Source of the DNA: Welwitschia mirabilis
Taxonomy: Eukaryota
NCBI GenBank assembly: GCA_051453625.1
Contig: JBOZIK010000001.1
Span: 38,423,092-38,465,832 of the forward strand
Reading direction: 5' to 3'
DNA: 42,741 nucleotides
In this document: positions 1-12,083 of the stretch, piece after piece
Position numbering within the stretch: the stretch's first letter is position 1
How the letters are laid out: each line of letters begins with the position of its first letter
The notes under the pieces: model-generated
Database searches by the model: none
What the model was told of the DNA's origin: nothing
The model's input: only the letters and a program-made list of their open reading frames with translations
Made by a program: the position numbers and the translations under genes

Positions 1-332
1 AAGTAATTAACTAAATTGTAAGCCAATTTGTTTAAGATAAAAACAATGCTTGTAAAATGTAAATTGAGTCCATAAAAAATGATATAATTAATAGGTAATT
101 AATACAAGTAATGAAAAATTTTTCTAAACCCTCTACTTAATTATGTCACTACAAAATGAATGTAATACACATATAGAAATCATAAAGTGAAACTTGATGG
201 TTCATAAAAGTGAAAATGTGTATGCATAACACAGAACAAAAACCATGGATCATCGTGATAGCTTAAGTAGTTTCTATATCATATAATTAACATTAGTATT
301 ATCAATAAGAAAAGGAAAAATAGNNNNNNNNN

Positions 333-587
333 TATGCATCATGTACTGCTATCAGTGCCATAAGCTTTTGTCCACGTTAGCAGTGTGGTCATCTTGGGTG
401 TCATGGGGACAATGGCAGGGATGATGCTCTTCTTTTGCTCTTTTCTCCAAGGTAACTTAGTCTTTACATTGTAAAGTCCTTCCTTAAATCCTGTAGTATT
501 AGAATAAGACTGAGAATCTGCAAAAAATGCTAGATATTACATGTTTTACTGATCATCCTATCAAATCCTCATAGTCATCAGTATTGC
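333..587 (-). repeat. Fragment of the probable 3' LTR of element A
   Basis: Aligns colinearly with 13146-13399 inside the 12084-13474 LTR (shared ctccaaggtaa, gtattagaataagac, aaaatgctagatattacatgtttt). Differences are mostly transitions. Bounded by gaps. Confidence 0.8.
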
Positions 588-2999
588 NNNNNNNNNNNNN
601 NNNNNNNNNNNNNNNNNNNNNNNNNNNNNNNNNNNNNNNNNNNNNNNNNNNNNNNNNNNNNNNNNNNNNNNNNNNNNNNNNNNNNNNNNNNNNNNNNNNN
701 NNNNNNNNNNNNNNNNNNNNNNNNNNNNNNNNNNNNNNNNNNNNNNNNNNNNNNNNNNNNNNNNNNNNNNNNNNNNNNNNNNNNNNNNNNNNNNNNNNNN
801 NNNNNNNNNNNNNNNNNNNNNNNNNNNNNNNNNNNNNNNNTATGTCACTATAAAATGAATGTAATACACATATAGAAATCATAGAGTGAAACTTAATGAT
901 TCATAAAAGTGAAACTGTGTATGCATAACACAGAACAAAAACCATGGATCATCATGATAGCTTAAGTAGTTTCTATATCATATAATTTACATTAGTATTA
1001 TAAATAAGAAAAGGAAAAATAGTAAATATAATACAATTCAAATGATTAGAGAGTCATGGCTATAGAAAAAACATGTGCAAGTGCTACTGGAACCTATATG
1101 AGAAAGTGCATGAATTCTCACAAAATTTTATTCAAGTTTCATGAAGAACTCATTCAAAATCATCCAACAAAGATTNNNNNNNNNNNNNNNNNNNNNNNNN
1201 NNNNNNNNNNNNNNNNNNNNNNNNNNNNAATGCCCAGAAAGGTATCCTACCCTCCCTGCCCTCCCCCAACCCCCCTTCACCCCATAGGAGAAATAAGACA
1301 TTCCAAATTGCACCCTAAGTAAAAAAAGGGAGTTTCATCTCCTCTATCAGGGTGATGATTGAGAGGATGATGAACTCCAAAGAAGCTAATTTGGAGAGGA
1401 AGGTAAAATCTAAAAAAGTCAAAAAAGTAGAAAATGTAGGAATGCAATAGAAAGAAGAGAGCGAATTAAGAATGAAAGCGAAGAAAAAGCCTAAAATGTG
1501 AAGGCATGATGGGGAAGTAAAAAATGATAATAGAGGAAAAATGCATCAAGAGGAAAAAATACTACTCAAAGATGCCCCAAATGTGCCTGAATGCATGAAA
1601 AGCTAGAATTCATCAGATCAAGGAAACTTGCTAGAAAGAAATAACCATTCTCTAGAAAACATCACAAGAAACTAGAAANNNNNNNNNNNNNNNNNNNNNN
1701 NNNNNNNNNNNNNNNNNNNNNNNNNNNNNNNNNNNNNNNNNNNNNNNNNNNNNNNNNNNNNNNNNNNNNNNNNNNNNNNNNNNNNNNNNNNNNNNNNNNN
1801 NNNNNNNNNNNNNNNNNNNNNNNNNNNNNNNNNNNNNNNNNNNNNNNNNNNNNNNNNNNNNNNNNNNNNNNNNNNNNNNNNNNNNNNNNNNNNNNNNNNN
1901 NNNNNNNNNNNNNNNNNNNNNNNNNNNNNNNNNNNNNNNNNNNNNNNNNNNNNNNNNNNNNNNNNNNNNNNNNNNNNNNNNNNNNNNNNNNNNNNNNNNN
2001 NNNNNNNNNNNNNNNNNNNNNNNNNNNNNNNNNNNNNNNNNNNNNNNNNNNNNNNNNNNNNNNNNNNNNNNNNNNNNNNNNNNNNNNNNNNNNNNNNNNN
2101 NNNNNNNNNNNNNNNNNNNNNNNNNNNNNNNNNNNNNNNNNNNNNNNNNNNNNNNNNNNNNNNNNNNNNNNNNNNNNNNNNNNNNNNNNNNNNNNNNNNN
2201 NNNNNNNNNNNNNNNNNNNNNNNNNNNNNNNNNNNNNNNNNNNNNNNNNNNNNNNNNNNNNNNNNNNNNNNNNNNNNNNNNNNNNNNNNNNNNNNNNNNN
2301 NNNNNNNNNNNNNNNNNNNNNNNNNNNNNNNNNNNNNNNNNNNNNNNNNNNNNNNNNNNNNNNNNNNNNNNNNNNNNNNNNNNNNNNNNNNNNNNNNNNN
2401 NNNNNNNNNNNNNNNNNNNNNNNAATACATGGAATTACAAGTTACCATGTTAAAACAAACACTAAAATTCAAAAAGTAAGTGATCATATAGAAGTACTGG
2501 AAATAAATAACTAAAGTAAAGTGATTTATTTTGTTCATAATGAAGGGAGTACAACCACAGTCAAAGGAGTAAGGACCCACATAGCATAGTTGACTAACCC
2601 CTTAGTGGAGTTCCCACAGCTATCATATCATACTGCCAAAAGCCCCTCTCAAAAATATTTGCCCTAGTGTACTTGCGGTAGGANNNNNNNNNNNNNNNNN
2701 NNNNNNNNNNNNNNNNNNNNNNNNNNNNNNNNNNNNNNNNNNNTTCCTTTTCTTTCTTATTCTTCTTTTTTTGTTTTTATTTTTTTTGGGTATCATTCCA
2801 TATGATCAAGTACTTGTAAGGATAAAAGTGAAGAAATGCAATGAGTAATAAAGTAAGATCCTATACAAACAACTAATTACTTGCATTATTGAAAGACAAC
2901 AAAAGAATTAAGGCATCTTCCTTTTAAATGAAGTTCATAGACATACGAATGTATGAAAATTGGATTAAGCTAATTTTTATAATAGCAAAAAGAAGATCC

Positions 3000-5480
3000 T
3001 CCTCTTAAAGAAGGGCTTCCAAAATAAGTGCTTCTATCATGTTCAAGTTTTCATCAAAAAATGACTCATACATTTTTAACCTTTGTCCATTAAATTTTTG
3101 GATTTATTTAGCATTTAAATTGAAAATTTTAACTAAGCCATTTGAGTGTACTTTTTCGATAAGATAAGGGCTTAACCATTTAGAAGTTATTTGTTGTGTA
3201 GAAGGTGTACTCGGATGTTATACAATAAGATAAATTGGCTAGGCTTAAACTATTTATAAATAATCTTTTTATCATGTCAAAACTTAGCCTAAGTCTTGTA
3301 AATAAGTTGACGATGTAGGGCATGAGTACATTTTTCATCTAGTAATTAAGTTGGGTTAAAAAAATTTTGAGATTTTCATTTATGTCAACAAGGTTTAGTT
3401 GATGGATAGAACGATAAGAATTATCGCAAACATCAACTAGTAAAACATACACTTTACNNNNNNNNNNNNNNNNNNNNNNNNNNNNNNNNNNNNNNNNNNN
3501 NNNNNNNNNNNNNNNNNNNNNNNNNNNNNNNNNNNNNNNNNNNNNNNNNNNNNNNNNNNNNNNNNNNNNNNNNNNNNNNNNNNNNNNNNNNNNNNNNNNN
3601 NNNNNNNNNNNNNNNNNNNNNNNNNNNNNNNNNNNNNNNNNNNNNNNNNNNNNNNNNNNNNNNNNNNNNNNNNNNNNNNNNNNNNNNNNNNNNNNNNNNN
3701 NNNNNNNNNNNNNNNNNNNNNNNNNNNNNNNNNNNNNNNNNNNNNNNNNNNNNNNNNNNNNNNNNNNNNNNNNNNNNNNNNNNNNNNTCATCTACTAGTT
3801 AAGTTGGGTTAAACGAATTTTGAGATTTTCATTTAGGTCAACAAGGTTTAGTTGATGAATAGAACGATAAGAATTATAGCAAACATCAACTAGTAAAATA
3901 TACACTTTACTATACACAAGTTCATAGGGTATGACACTGAGAGAGTTATGTTAAGTGGTACAATAAGACAAAATAACATCATTAAGTTTAGAGGACTAAG
4001 TCTTCTTATTAACTAAGACTAACTTTTGAAGCATTTCNNNNNNNNNNNNNNNNNNNNNNNNNNNNNNNNNNNNNNNNNNNNNNNNNNNNNNNNNNNNNNN
4101 NNNNNNNNNNNNNNNNNNNNNNNNNNNNNNNNNNNNNATTAAGTTTAGAGGACCAAGTCTTCTTATTAACTAAGACTAACTTTTGAAGCATTTCTTGATC
4201 TCTCTATTTGCATTTTTAGCTAAACCATTGATTTAAGGATGATAAGCATAAGAAACTATATGTTCAACACCAATGGATAGAAGAAGTTTTTAAAAGAAGT
4301 GATTAATGAAATGGGTACCTTAATTACTAATGATAATATGTGGAAATCTAAATCATTGAAAAATATGAGTTTGAACAAAGTTACAAACAGTTTAGGCATC
4401 ATTTNNNNNNNNNNNNNNNNNNNNNNNNNNNNNNNNNNNNNNNNNNNNNNNNNNNNNNNNNNNNNNNNNNNNNNNNNNNNNNNNNNNNNNNNNNNNNNNN
4501 NNNNATTTCTTGATCTCTCTATTTGCATTTCTAGCTAAACCGTTGGTTTGAAGATGATAAGCATAAGAAACTCTATGTTCAACACCAATGGATAGAAGAA
4601 GTCTTTAAAAGAAGTAATTAATGAAATGGGTACCTTAATTACTAATGATAATATGTGGAAATCTAAATCATTAAAAAATATGAGTTTGAACAAAGTTACA
4701 AACAGTTTAGGCATCATTTTTGGTGGTAGGAGTAGCTTCAACTTACTTAGTAATATATTTCACAACTACTAGAATATAATTTTTCTCATTGGAAGGTGAT
4801 AAAATTTGGTTCACAAAGTCAATTCCCTAATAATCAAAAGGTTCTCATTCAAGTGTAGGTTTGAGAAGCATTTCATGAGAATGAGTGAGGATACCATAAC
4901 ATTAACAAGCATCACACTTCTAAGAAAAGTCAAATGAATCTTTAAAAAGAGTTGACTAATAGAATCCAAAGTGAAGAATTTTCATNNNNNNNNNNNNNNN
5001 NNNNNNNNNNNNNNNNNNNNNNNNNNNNNNNNNNNNNNNNNNNNNNNNNNNNNNNNNNNNNNNNNNNNNNNNNNNNNNNNNNNNNAAGTCAATTCCCTAA
5101 TAATCAAAAGGTTTTCATTCAAGCGTAGGTTTGAGAAGCATGTCATGAGAATGAGTGAGGATACCATAACATTAACAAGCATAACACTTCTAAGAAAAGT
5201 TAAATGAATCTTTAAAAAGAGTTGGCTAATAGAATCCAAAGTAAAGAATTTTCATGGTGGTCTTTTAATCACTAAAGTATTCCCCACAAACTCCACCATA
5301 ACAAGGTGTTAAAATTTCCAAAGTTTCCCATTCAAGTACACATTTATGCATAATTTGATCTTTGTAATATCTATAAAGATGTGGATCATTCCACTCATAG
5401 TCACCGATCCTATGGAGAAAAGTTTTTCATTGATTTTGATTCCAATGCTGAGGGGTTTTCATGGTTACTAGATAATTGAC
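3000..5480 (-). pseudogene. Integrase remnant of element A
   Basis: Minus-strand translations include YEWNDPHLYRYYKDQIMHKC near 5400 and C-terminal HDKKIIYK*FKPSQFILLYNIRVHLLHNK...FNGQRLKMYES. Stops, frameshifts and gap-flank duplications are present. Confidence 0.85.
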
Positions 5481-6760
5481 AATGTTAGCATACTAAGAAG
5501 GGATGTGAGAAGAAGAGATATCATACCATTGTTTAATTGCAAAGAGTTACTCATCAAGAAAGGAATCATCAATAGGAGTTTCATCAATGGAGAAAGTAAG
5601 TCGAGAAATATGGTTTACCATGCTACTATGTTTTCCATCCTTATCAATAATGGTAAGATTAAATTCTCGCATTAAAAGAATACATCTAATAAGTTTGGTA
5701 CTAGAATCTTTCTTTGTCATGAGATAATAGAGGGCTATGTGGTCTGTGTAGATATTGATGTGAAAACCNNNNNNNNNNNNNNNNNNNNNNNNNNNNNNNN
5801 NNNNNNNNNNNNNNNNNNNNNNNNNNNNNNNNNNNNNNNNNNNNNNNNNNNNNNNNNNNNNNNNNNNNTAATTGACAATGTTAGCATACTAAGGAGGGAT
5901 GTGAGAAGAAGAGATAGTGTACAATTGTTTAATTGCAAAGAGTTACTCATCAAGAAAGGAATCATCAATAGAAGTTTCATTAATGGAGAAAGTAAGTCGA
6001 GAAATATGGTTTACCATGCTACTATGTTTTCCAGCCTTATCAATAATGGTAAGATTAAATTCTTGCATTAAAAGAATACATCTAATAAGTCTGGTACTAG
6101 AATCTTTCTTTGTCATGAGATAATAGATGGCTATGTGGTCTGTGTAGATATTGATGTGAAAACCAAGAAGATAGTATCAAAGATAGTCCAAAAAAAAGAT
6201 GATAGCAAGAATTTATCTCTCAGTGGTAGTGTAGTTGGTTTCGACACTTGTCAAATTCTTGCTACAGTAAGATCTAACTTTGAAGCTATTCTCATATTTT
6301 TGATTGAGAATCCTCCTACAGTAATATTGCTTGCATCACATATAAGTTCAAAGTCTTTATTCCAATCAAGACCCATGATAATAGGTTTGGAAGAGATTTT
6401 TTTCTTAAGAGTTTTAANNNNNNNNNNNNNNNNNNNNNNNNNNNNNNNNNNNNNNNNNNNNNNNNNNNNNNNNNNNNNNNNNNNNNNNNNNNNNNNNNNN
6501 NNNNNNNNNNNNNNNNNTGATCTCTCAGTGGTAGTGTAGTTGGTTTTGACACTTGTCAAATTTTTGCTATAGTAATATCTAACTTTGAAACTGTTCTCAT
6601 ATTTTCGATTGAGAATCCTCCTACAGTAATATTGCTTGCATCAGACATAAGTTCAAAGTCTTTATTCAAATCAGGACCCATGATAATAGGTTTGGAAGAG
6701 ATTTTTTTCTTAAAAGTTTTAAAAGCAAGTAGGCATAAATCAAACCACTTGAATTTGATT
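5480..6760 (-). pseudogene. RNase H remnant of element A
   Basis: LKKKISSKPIIMGLDWNKDFELICDASNITVG matches the gypsy RNase H FELxCDASxxxVG motif (ORF 6251-6559). NYTTTER follows in transcription order. Degraded. Confidence 0.85.
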
Positions 6761-7800
6761 TTTTNNNNNNNNNNNNNNNNNNNNNNNNNNNNNNNNNNNN
6801 NNNNNNNNNNNNNNNNNNNNNNNNNNNNNNNNNNNNNNNNNNNNNNNNNNNNNNNNNNNNNNNNNNNTTGTTAGAGGGTTAAGATTTTTAATGATATCTA
6901 CTTTTATGGGATTCATCCTAATCCCTCCCTTTAAAATGTGGTAACCTAACATAATTTCGTATTGAATAAGGAAGAAACTTTTTTCCCAACTCAAGTGTAA
7001 ACCACTTTCAATACATTTATTACGGACTTTTTCTAATCTTAGCGCAGTTTATTCAAAAGTATCATTAAAGATGGAAAAATCATCCATAAAAACTTCTATA
7101 GGGTCTTCTATCATATTAGAAAATATNNNNNNNNNNNNNNNNNNNNNNNNNNNNNNNNNNNNNNNNNNNNNNNNNNNNNNNNNNNNNNNNNNNNNNNNNN
7201 NNNNNNNNNNNNNNNNNNNNNNNNNNNNNNNNNNNNNNNNNNNNNNNNNNNNNNNNNNNNNNNNNNNNNNNNNNNNNNNNNNNNNNNNNNNNNNNNNNNN
7301 NNNNNNNCTATCAAGAACTTGATATAGAAAAGGTAAGTATAATGATCATTTTTGATGACCTCATTGAGTTTTCTAAAGTTAATGCACATTCTTCATTTTC
7401 CTTTTTTTTTTGGCACTACTATTAAAGGAATAACCCACTCACTATCTAGTATGGCATAAATAATTTTATCATCCATAAGTTTAATAATTTCATCTTTGAC
7501 AATTTGTTTAAGGGCTAGATTTAGTCTTCTTTGAGGTTACCTAATAGGTTTGACATTGTCCTCAAGATAGATTTTATGTTGAACTATGAAAAGAGGAATA
7601 ACATTTAAGTCTTTATGTGTCTAACCAAAGGCATTTTTCTTTGATTGTAAAAGAGAGGTCAAATCCGATTCTTGTTAAGGAGTGAGAAGGTTACTAATTA
7701 TCAAAGGTTTCATTTTATTTTCAGACAAGAATATGTATTTTAGACCTTTGAGTAATTGCTTAAGCTCATTAGTGTTAAGTTGAACTATTGTCCCATTTGT
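6760..7800 (-). pseudogene. Reverse transcriptase remnant of element A
   Basis: KPIR*PQRRLNLALKQIVKDEIIKLMDDKIIYAILDSEW, MCINFRKLNEVIKNDHY, catalytic IEVFMDDFSIF (~7065-7100) and MLGYHILKGGIRMNPIKVDII. Confidence 0.9.
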
Positions 7801-8958
7801 CGTGGGAATGATAGTTAGAGGACAACATTATTTAAAAAGTTTTTCTATCAAATAAAGATGTTGGATTTCTTCCTCATCCCCAACAACTTCATTCTTAGAT
7901 TCAAAATAGTCTAATTCAGTTGGGTTANNNNNNNNNNNNNNNNNNNNNNNNNNNNNNNNNNNNNNNNNNNNNNNNNNNNNNNNNNNNNNNNNNNNNNNNN
8001 NNNNNNNNNNNNNNNNNNNNNNNNNNNAACTTCATTCTTAGATTCAAAATAGTCTAATTCAGTTGGGTTATCATACAAAGTTAGCTCATGTAGCATAATT
8101 GGTCTCTCTTCTATAGGTTGATGTTGTAGAAATAAAGTTGGACTCAAATTATCTTCAATGTTAAAATTAGTCCTTGTATCTTTTTCTGTAGCATCAAAGA
8201 CCCTAATGGTAATTTCTTTATTATCAAAGTGGTATCTCATCATTCTAGATCGAGTGNNNNNNNNNNNNNNNNNNNNNNNNNNNNNNNNNNNNNNNNNNNN
8301 NNNNNNNNNNNNNNNNNNNNNNNNNNNNNNNNNNNNNNNNNNNNNNNNNNNNNNNNNNNNNNNNNNNNNNNNNNNNNNNNNNNNNNNNNNNNNNNNNNNN
8401 NNNNNNNNNNNNNNNNNNNNNNNNNNNNNNNNNNNNNNNNNNNNNNNNNNNNNNNNNNNNNNNNNNNNNNNNNNNNNNNNNNNNNNNNNNNNNNNNNNNN
8501 NNNNNNNNNNNNNNNNNNNNNNNNNNNNNNNNNNNNNNNNNNNNNNNNNNNNNNNNNNNNNNNNNNNNNNNNNNNNNNNNNNNNNNNNNNNNNNNNNNNN
8601 NNNNNNNNNNNNNNNNNNNNNNNNNNNNNNNNNNNNNNNNNNNNNNNNNNNNNNNNNNNNNNNNNNNNNNNNNNNNNNNNNNNNNNNNNNNNNNNNNNNN
8701 NNNNNNNNNNNNNNNNNNNNNNNNNNNNNNNNNNNNNNNNNNNNNNNNNNNNNNNNNNNNNNNNNNNNNNNNNNNNNNNNNNNNNNNNNNNNNNNNNNNN
8801 NNNNNNNNNNNNNNNNNNNNNNNNNNNNNNNNNNNNNNNNNNNNNNNNNNNNNNNNNNNNNNNNNNNNNNNNNNNNNNNNNNNNNNNNNNNNNNNNNNNN
8901 NNNNNNNNNNNNNNNNNNNNNNNNNNNNNNNNNNNNNNNNNNNNNNNNNNNNNNNNNN

Positions 8959-9200
8959 TGGGATAAAAAGCTTCCTTAATTTAAATGACTAGATCTTTAA
9001 TAATTCCTACAGGTTTCTTAATTGAAGTGTTAGCTAGCTCTAGAATAATAGGTGTAGGTTCAACTCTGCTTTTGAACTAAAGTCTTTTGCATATATGAAG
9101 AGGCATAATGTTTACTCTTATACCTATGTCAATCAAAGCCTTTCTAATTCTTTCATTTCCTTCTAAGGTAACACTAATAATTACAACCCCAGGATCNNNN
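8959..9200 (-). pseudogene. Aspartic protease remnant of element A
   Basis: DPGVVIISVTLEGNERIRKALIDIGIRVNIMPLHICKRL matches the Athila-type ALxDLGASVNxMP motif. Confidence 0.85.
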
Positions 9201-9319
9201 NNNNNNNNNNNNNNNNNNNNNNNNNNNNNNNNNNNNNNNNNNNNNNNNNNNNNNNNNNNNNNNNNNNNNNNNNNNNNNNNNNNNNNNNNNNNNNNNNNNN
9301 NNNNNNNNNNNNNNNNNNN

Positions 9320-11630
9320 NNTTTCTTTCAAGAGTTTTTAAAAGGAAAGGTTGATGTTGACTTTTTGCATCAAGGCTTTTAAGTACTCATTAAAAGTAGG
9401 ATTTTTGTTTAGTCTATCAAGCCAAGAAGTGGATGGTTTCTTTCCCCTGTCCTCTTTTAAATTATCTTTAGTGGAGGCTTTAGTAGATGATGTGGAAGGA
9501 AGGTTATAATAATCTAGGATTTCAACATCATCTTCATCAATTTTTTCATTTTATTTAGAAGTTGAAATCTTATGGGTAGGAGGTGTTAGATGTTTTCCAC
9601 TTCTTGTTATAATATTTAAGTCTCCTAACTTTGTTTGGGTTAGGCATTGGTTGGAAAGTAAGAGACTCTTATGATCTTTGGTTAGCAAGAATTATTTATT
9701 AAAGTACATTCAATAAGTTCTTAATGTTGCTATTGGTTTTCTCTTGTACCTTTCTCATTTCCTTAATGGATTCCCTAAGGGGATCATTTAGAATTTGTTG
9801 AGAATTTGGTTGAAAGTTGGAATTTTTAAATCTATTCTCAAATCATTTCCATTGGGGATGTCCACTTGTTCTTTGTTGAAATGGTGGTTAGCTCTTAAAG
9901 TTAGAAGTTCTTTGGTTAAAAGAACAAACCTCCTCAAACATTTTTTTCCTTGTAAGTTGTTAATAAGGAATACTCTTTTGTTAAATGAGAATCATCCTTA
10001 CAAAGTTCACAATTAGAAGTTGAGGGTTTTTTCTTAACAACCTTTGCGTCAACTATCATTTGAGTATACTTCTCTAAGATAGTAGTGAAATCTTTGATTA
10101 AGTTAGTTGAATCCTCCCTTTTTTCCTTCTTGTCATGTTTTACCTCTTTTAGGTCCTTCAAAGTTNNNNNNNNNNNNNNNNNNNNNNNNNNNNNNNNNNN
10201 NNNNNNNNNNNNNNNNNNNNNNNNNNNNNNNNNNNNNNNNNNNNNNNNNNNNNNNNNNNNNNNNNTTTTAGGTCCTTCAAAGTTTGTCTTACAGTATGGT
10301 TTTTCTTAGTGGGCTTAGGCCAAGTTTGACTGATTTGCACTAAATTCTCTAGCGCACTTCAAGCATTATCTAAACTTAAATTCAACAAATTGCCTCCACA
10401 AGAAAATTCTACAAGTTGTTTGGTTGAAGCATTTAGTCCACTATAGAAATAATATACTATTTCTTCCTTATGAAATTTATCAACAATATTAGAATGACTA
10501 GCAATTATTAAACATTCATAAGCAGTTACATAATCTTCATGAGGTTGTTGTTGGAAGTTGGTGATTCATTTTATTCTCTTTTTCATAGTACTTTCACTCA
10601 ATAATATTTTAATAAAAACTTCTTACACTTGACTCCATGATTTAGGACTTTTATGTGGGNNNNNNNNNNNNNNNNNNNNNNNNNNNNNNNNNNNNNNNNN
10701 NNNNNNNNNNNNNNNNNNNNNNNNNNNNNNNNNNNNNNNNNNNNNNNNNNNNNNNNNNNCAACAAATTGCCTCTACAAGAAAAGTATACAAGTTGTTTAG
10801 TTGAAGCATTTAGTCCACTATAGAAATAATCTACTACTTCTTCCTTATGAAATTTATCAATAGGATTGGAATGACTAGCAATTATAAAACATTCATAAGT
10901 AGTTACATAATCTTCATGAGGTTGTTGTTGGAAGTTGTTGACTTGTTTTCTTCTCTTTCTCATAGTAATTTCACTCAATAATCTTTTAATAAAAACTTCT
11001 TACACTTGACTCTATGATTTAAGACTTTTATGTGGGATGATTTTTAGCCAAATTTTTTCTCTACCTCTAACGATACCTAGAAAAATAATCATGTAGGTAT
11101 AACCACTAATACTTTTTTTCCATTTCTAGATGTAAGCACAAGTTGTTCTATGTCAAGAAGATGTTAAAAAGGATCTTTTTCTAGTTCCTCCAAAAAGGTT
11201 GGATATACACTAAAATTTCTTAACTCTACATCATCTCCAGGAAGTAAATCAAATGGATTTTGAATTTCATGTGTTTTATTAGCAATTAAATCTCTAAGCA
11301 TAACATTCACATTTGAAGAAGAAATTCCTAGTATGATTGGAGTATTAGAAGAAGCTACTTCCTTTTTCTTTTGCGATGATTTCGATATATTCAACATTTT
11401 TAAAGAAATAATAAAATTGCCTTCTATACTATACTTTTCTTTTGAAAAATTGGATTCTGAAATACTAAAAGTAGAAAAATCTTCTTCTTCAATTCTAAAA
11501 ATTTGTGTACTTGAGATGTGCATACCTAGATTTAATTAAAAGTCAATTAATCCTTTTTTGATATTTTTTCAATCAAATTTCATTCCCTCTAATATTTTAT
11601 CTTCTTACCAGTATTCACCATATCCCTGCA
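9320..11630 (-). pseudogene. gag remnant of element A
   Basis: Retrotrans_gag-like NNFQQQPHEDYVTTYE...VVDYFYSGLNASTKQLVYFSCRGNLL, degenerate zinc knuckle CELCKDDSHLTKEY, and ELEKDPF. Broken into short ORFs. Confidence 0.75.
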
Positions 11631-12062
11631 TGCTCAAACAACTAACAAAATAAAGAAATCAAAAATAATAAACCATCATCTATCTGGTTATGGAGATAAT
11701 AGATGGGACGATGATCATAGTAAATAAAGAAAAATTTAAATTTACAGAAACTCAAAACAATAACAGTCTGTCATCCATTTGATCATGGGGATAATAAAAA
11801 GGATGATAGTGCATTTATTTTATAGAAAAGAAAATGCAAAAATGCACCAAAAAAAATTTAGATTTTCATCCTCTTAGGTCATGAGGATGACAGATAAGAC
11901 AATAGGAAAATAAAAAGAAAATGAAGAATTTTCAGTTATAAAAATAAATCTACTTTAACCTAATCTAGGAAAAATATAACACTAATTCAAAATAGATAAC
12001 CTAAATAGAAAGATTCAGGTACTTATCTGATTAGTGATAATCCTCTTAACTCCTTGTAGCCT

Positions 12063-12083
12063 TCCTCGACAATGGCATCAAAA
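12063..12083 (-). promoter_or_regulatory. Primer binding site (decayed tRNA-Asp type) of element A
   Basis: Reverse complement TTTTGATGCCATTGTCGAGGA is the Athila PBS TTTTGGCGCCGTTGCCGGGGA with transition changes only. It directly abuts the LTR end. Confidence 0.8.

Noticed and set aside
541..587. Hammerhead-like CTGATGA plus a short stem (CTAT...ATAG) on the minus strand of the LTR fragment (retrozyme idea)
   Set aside because: The stem is followed by GATG rather than GAAA, and CTGATGA is absent from the homologous LTR position (~13385-13395).
1250..1282. C-rich tract CCCTCCCTGCCCTCCCCCAACCCCCC (G-quadruplex potential on the minus strand)
   Set aside because: The homologous position in B (~25485-25512) lacks the runs, so there is no conservation support.
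600..3000. env-like ORF in the 3' region of Athila-like elements A/B/E
   Set aside because: No recognisable coding remnant in the largely gap-free equivalents (25112-27000, 39390-40730), and A's region is partly N.
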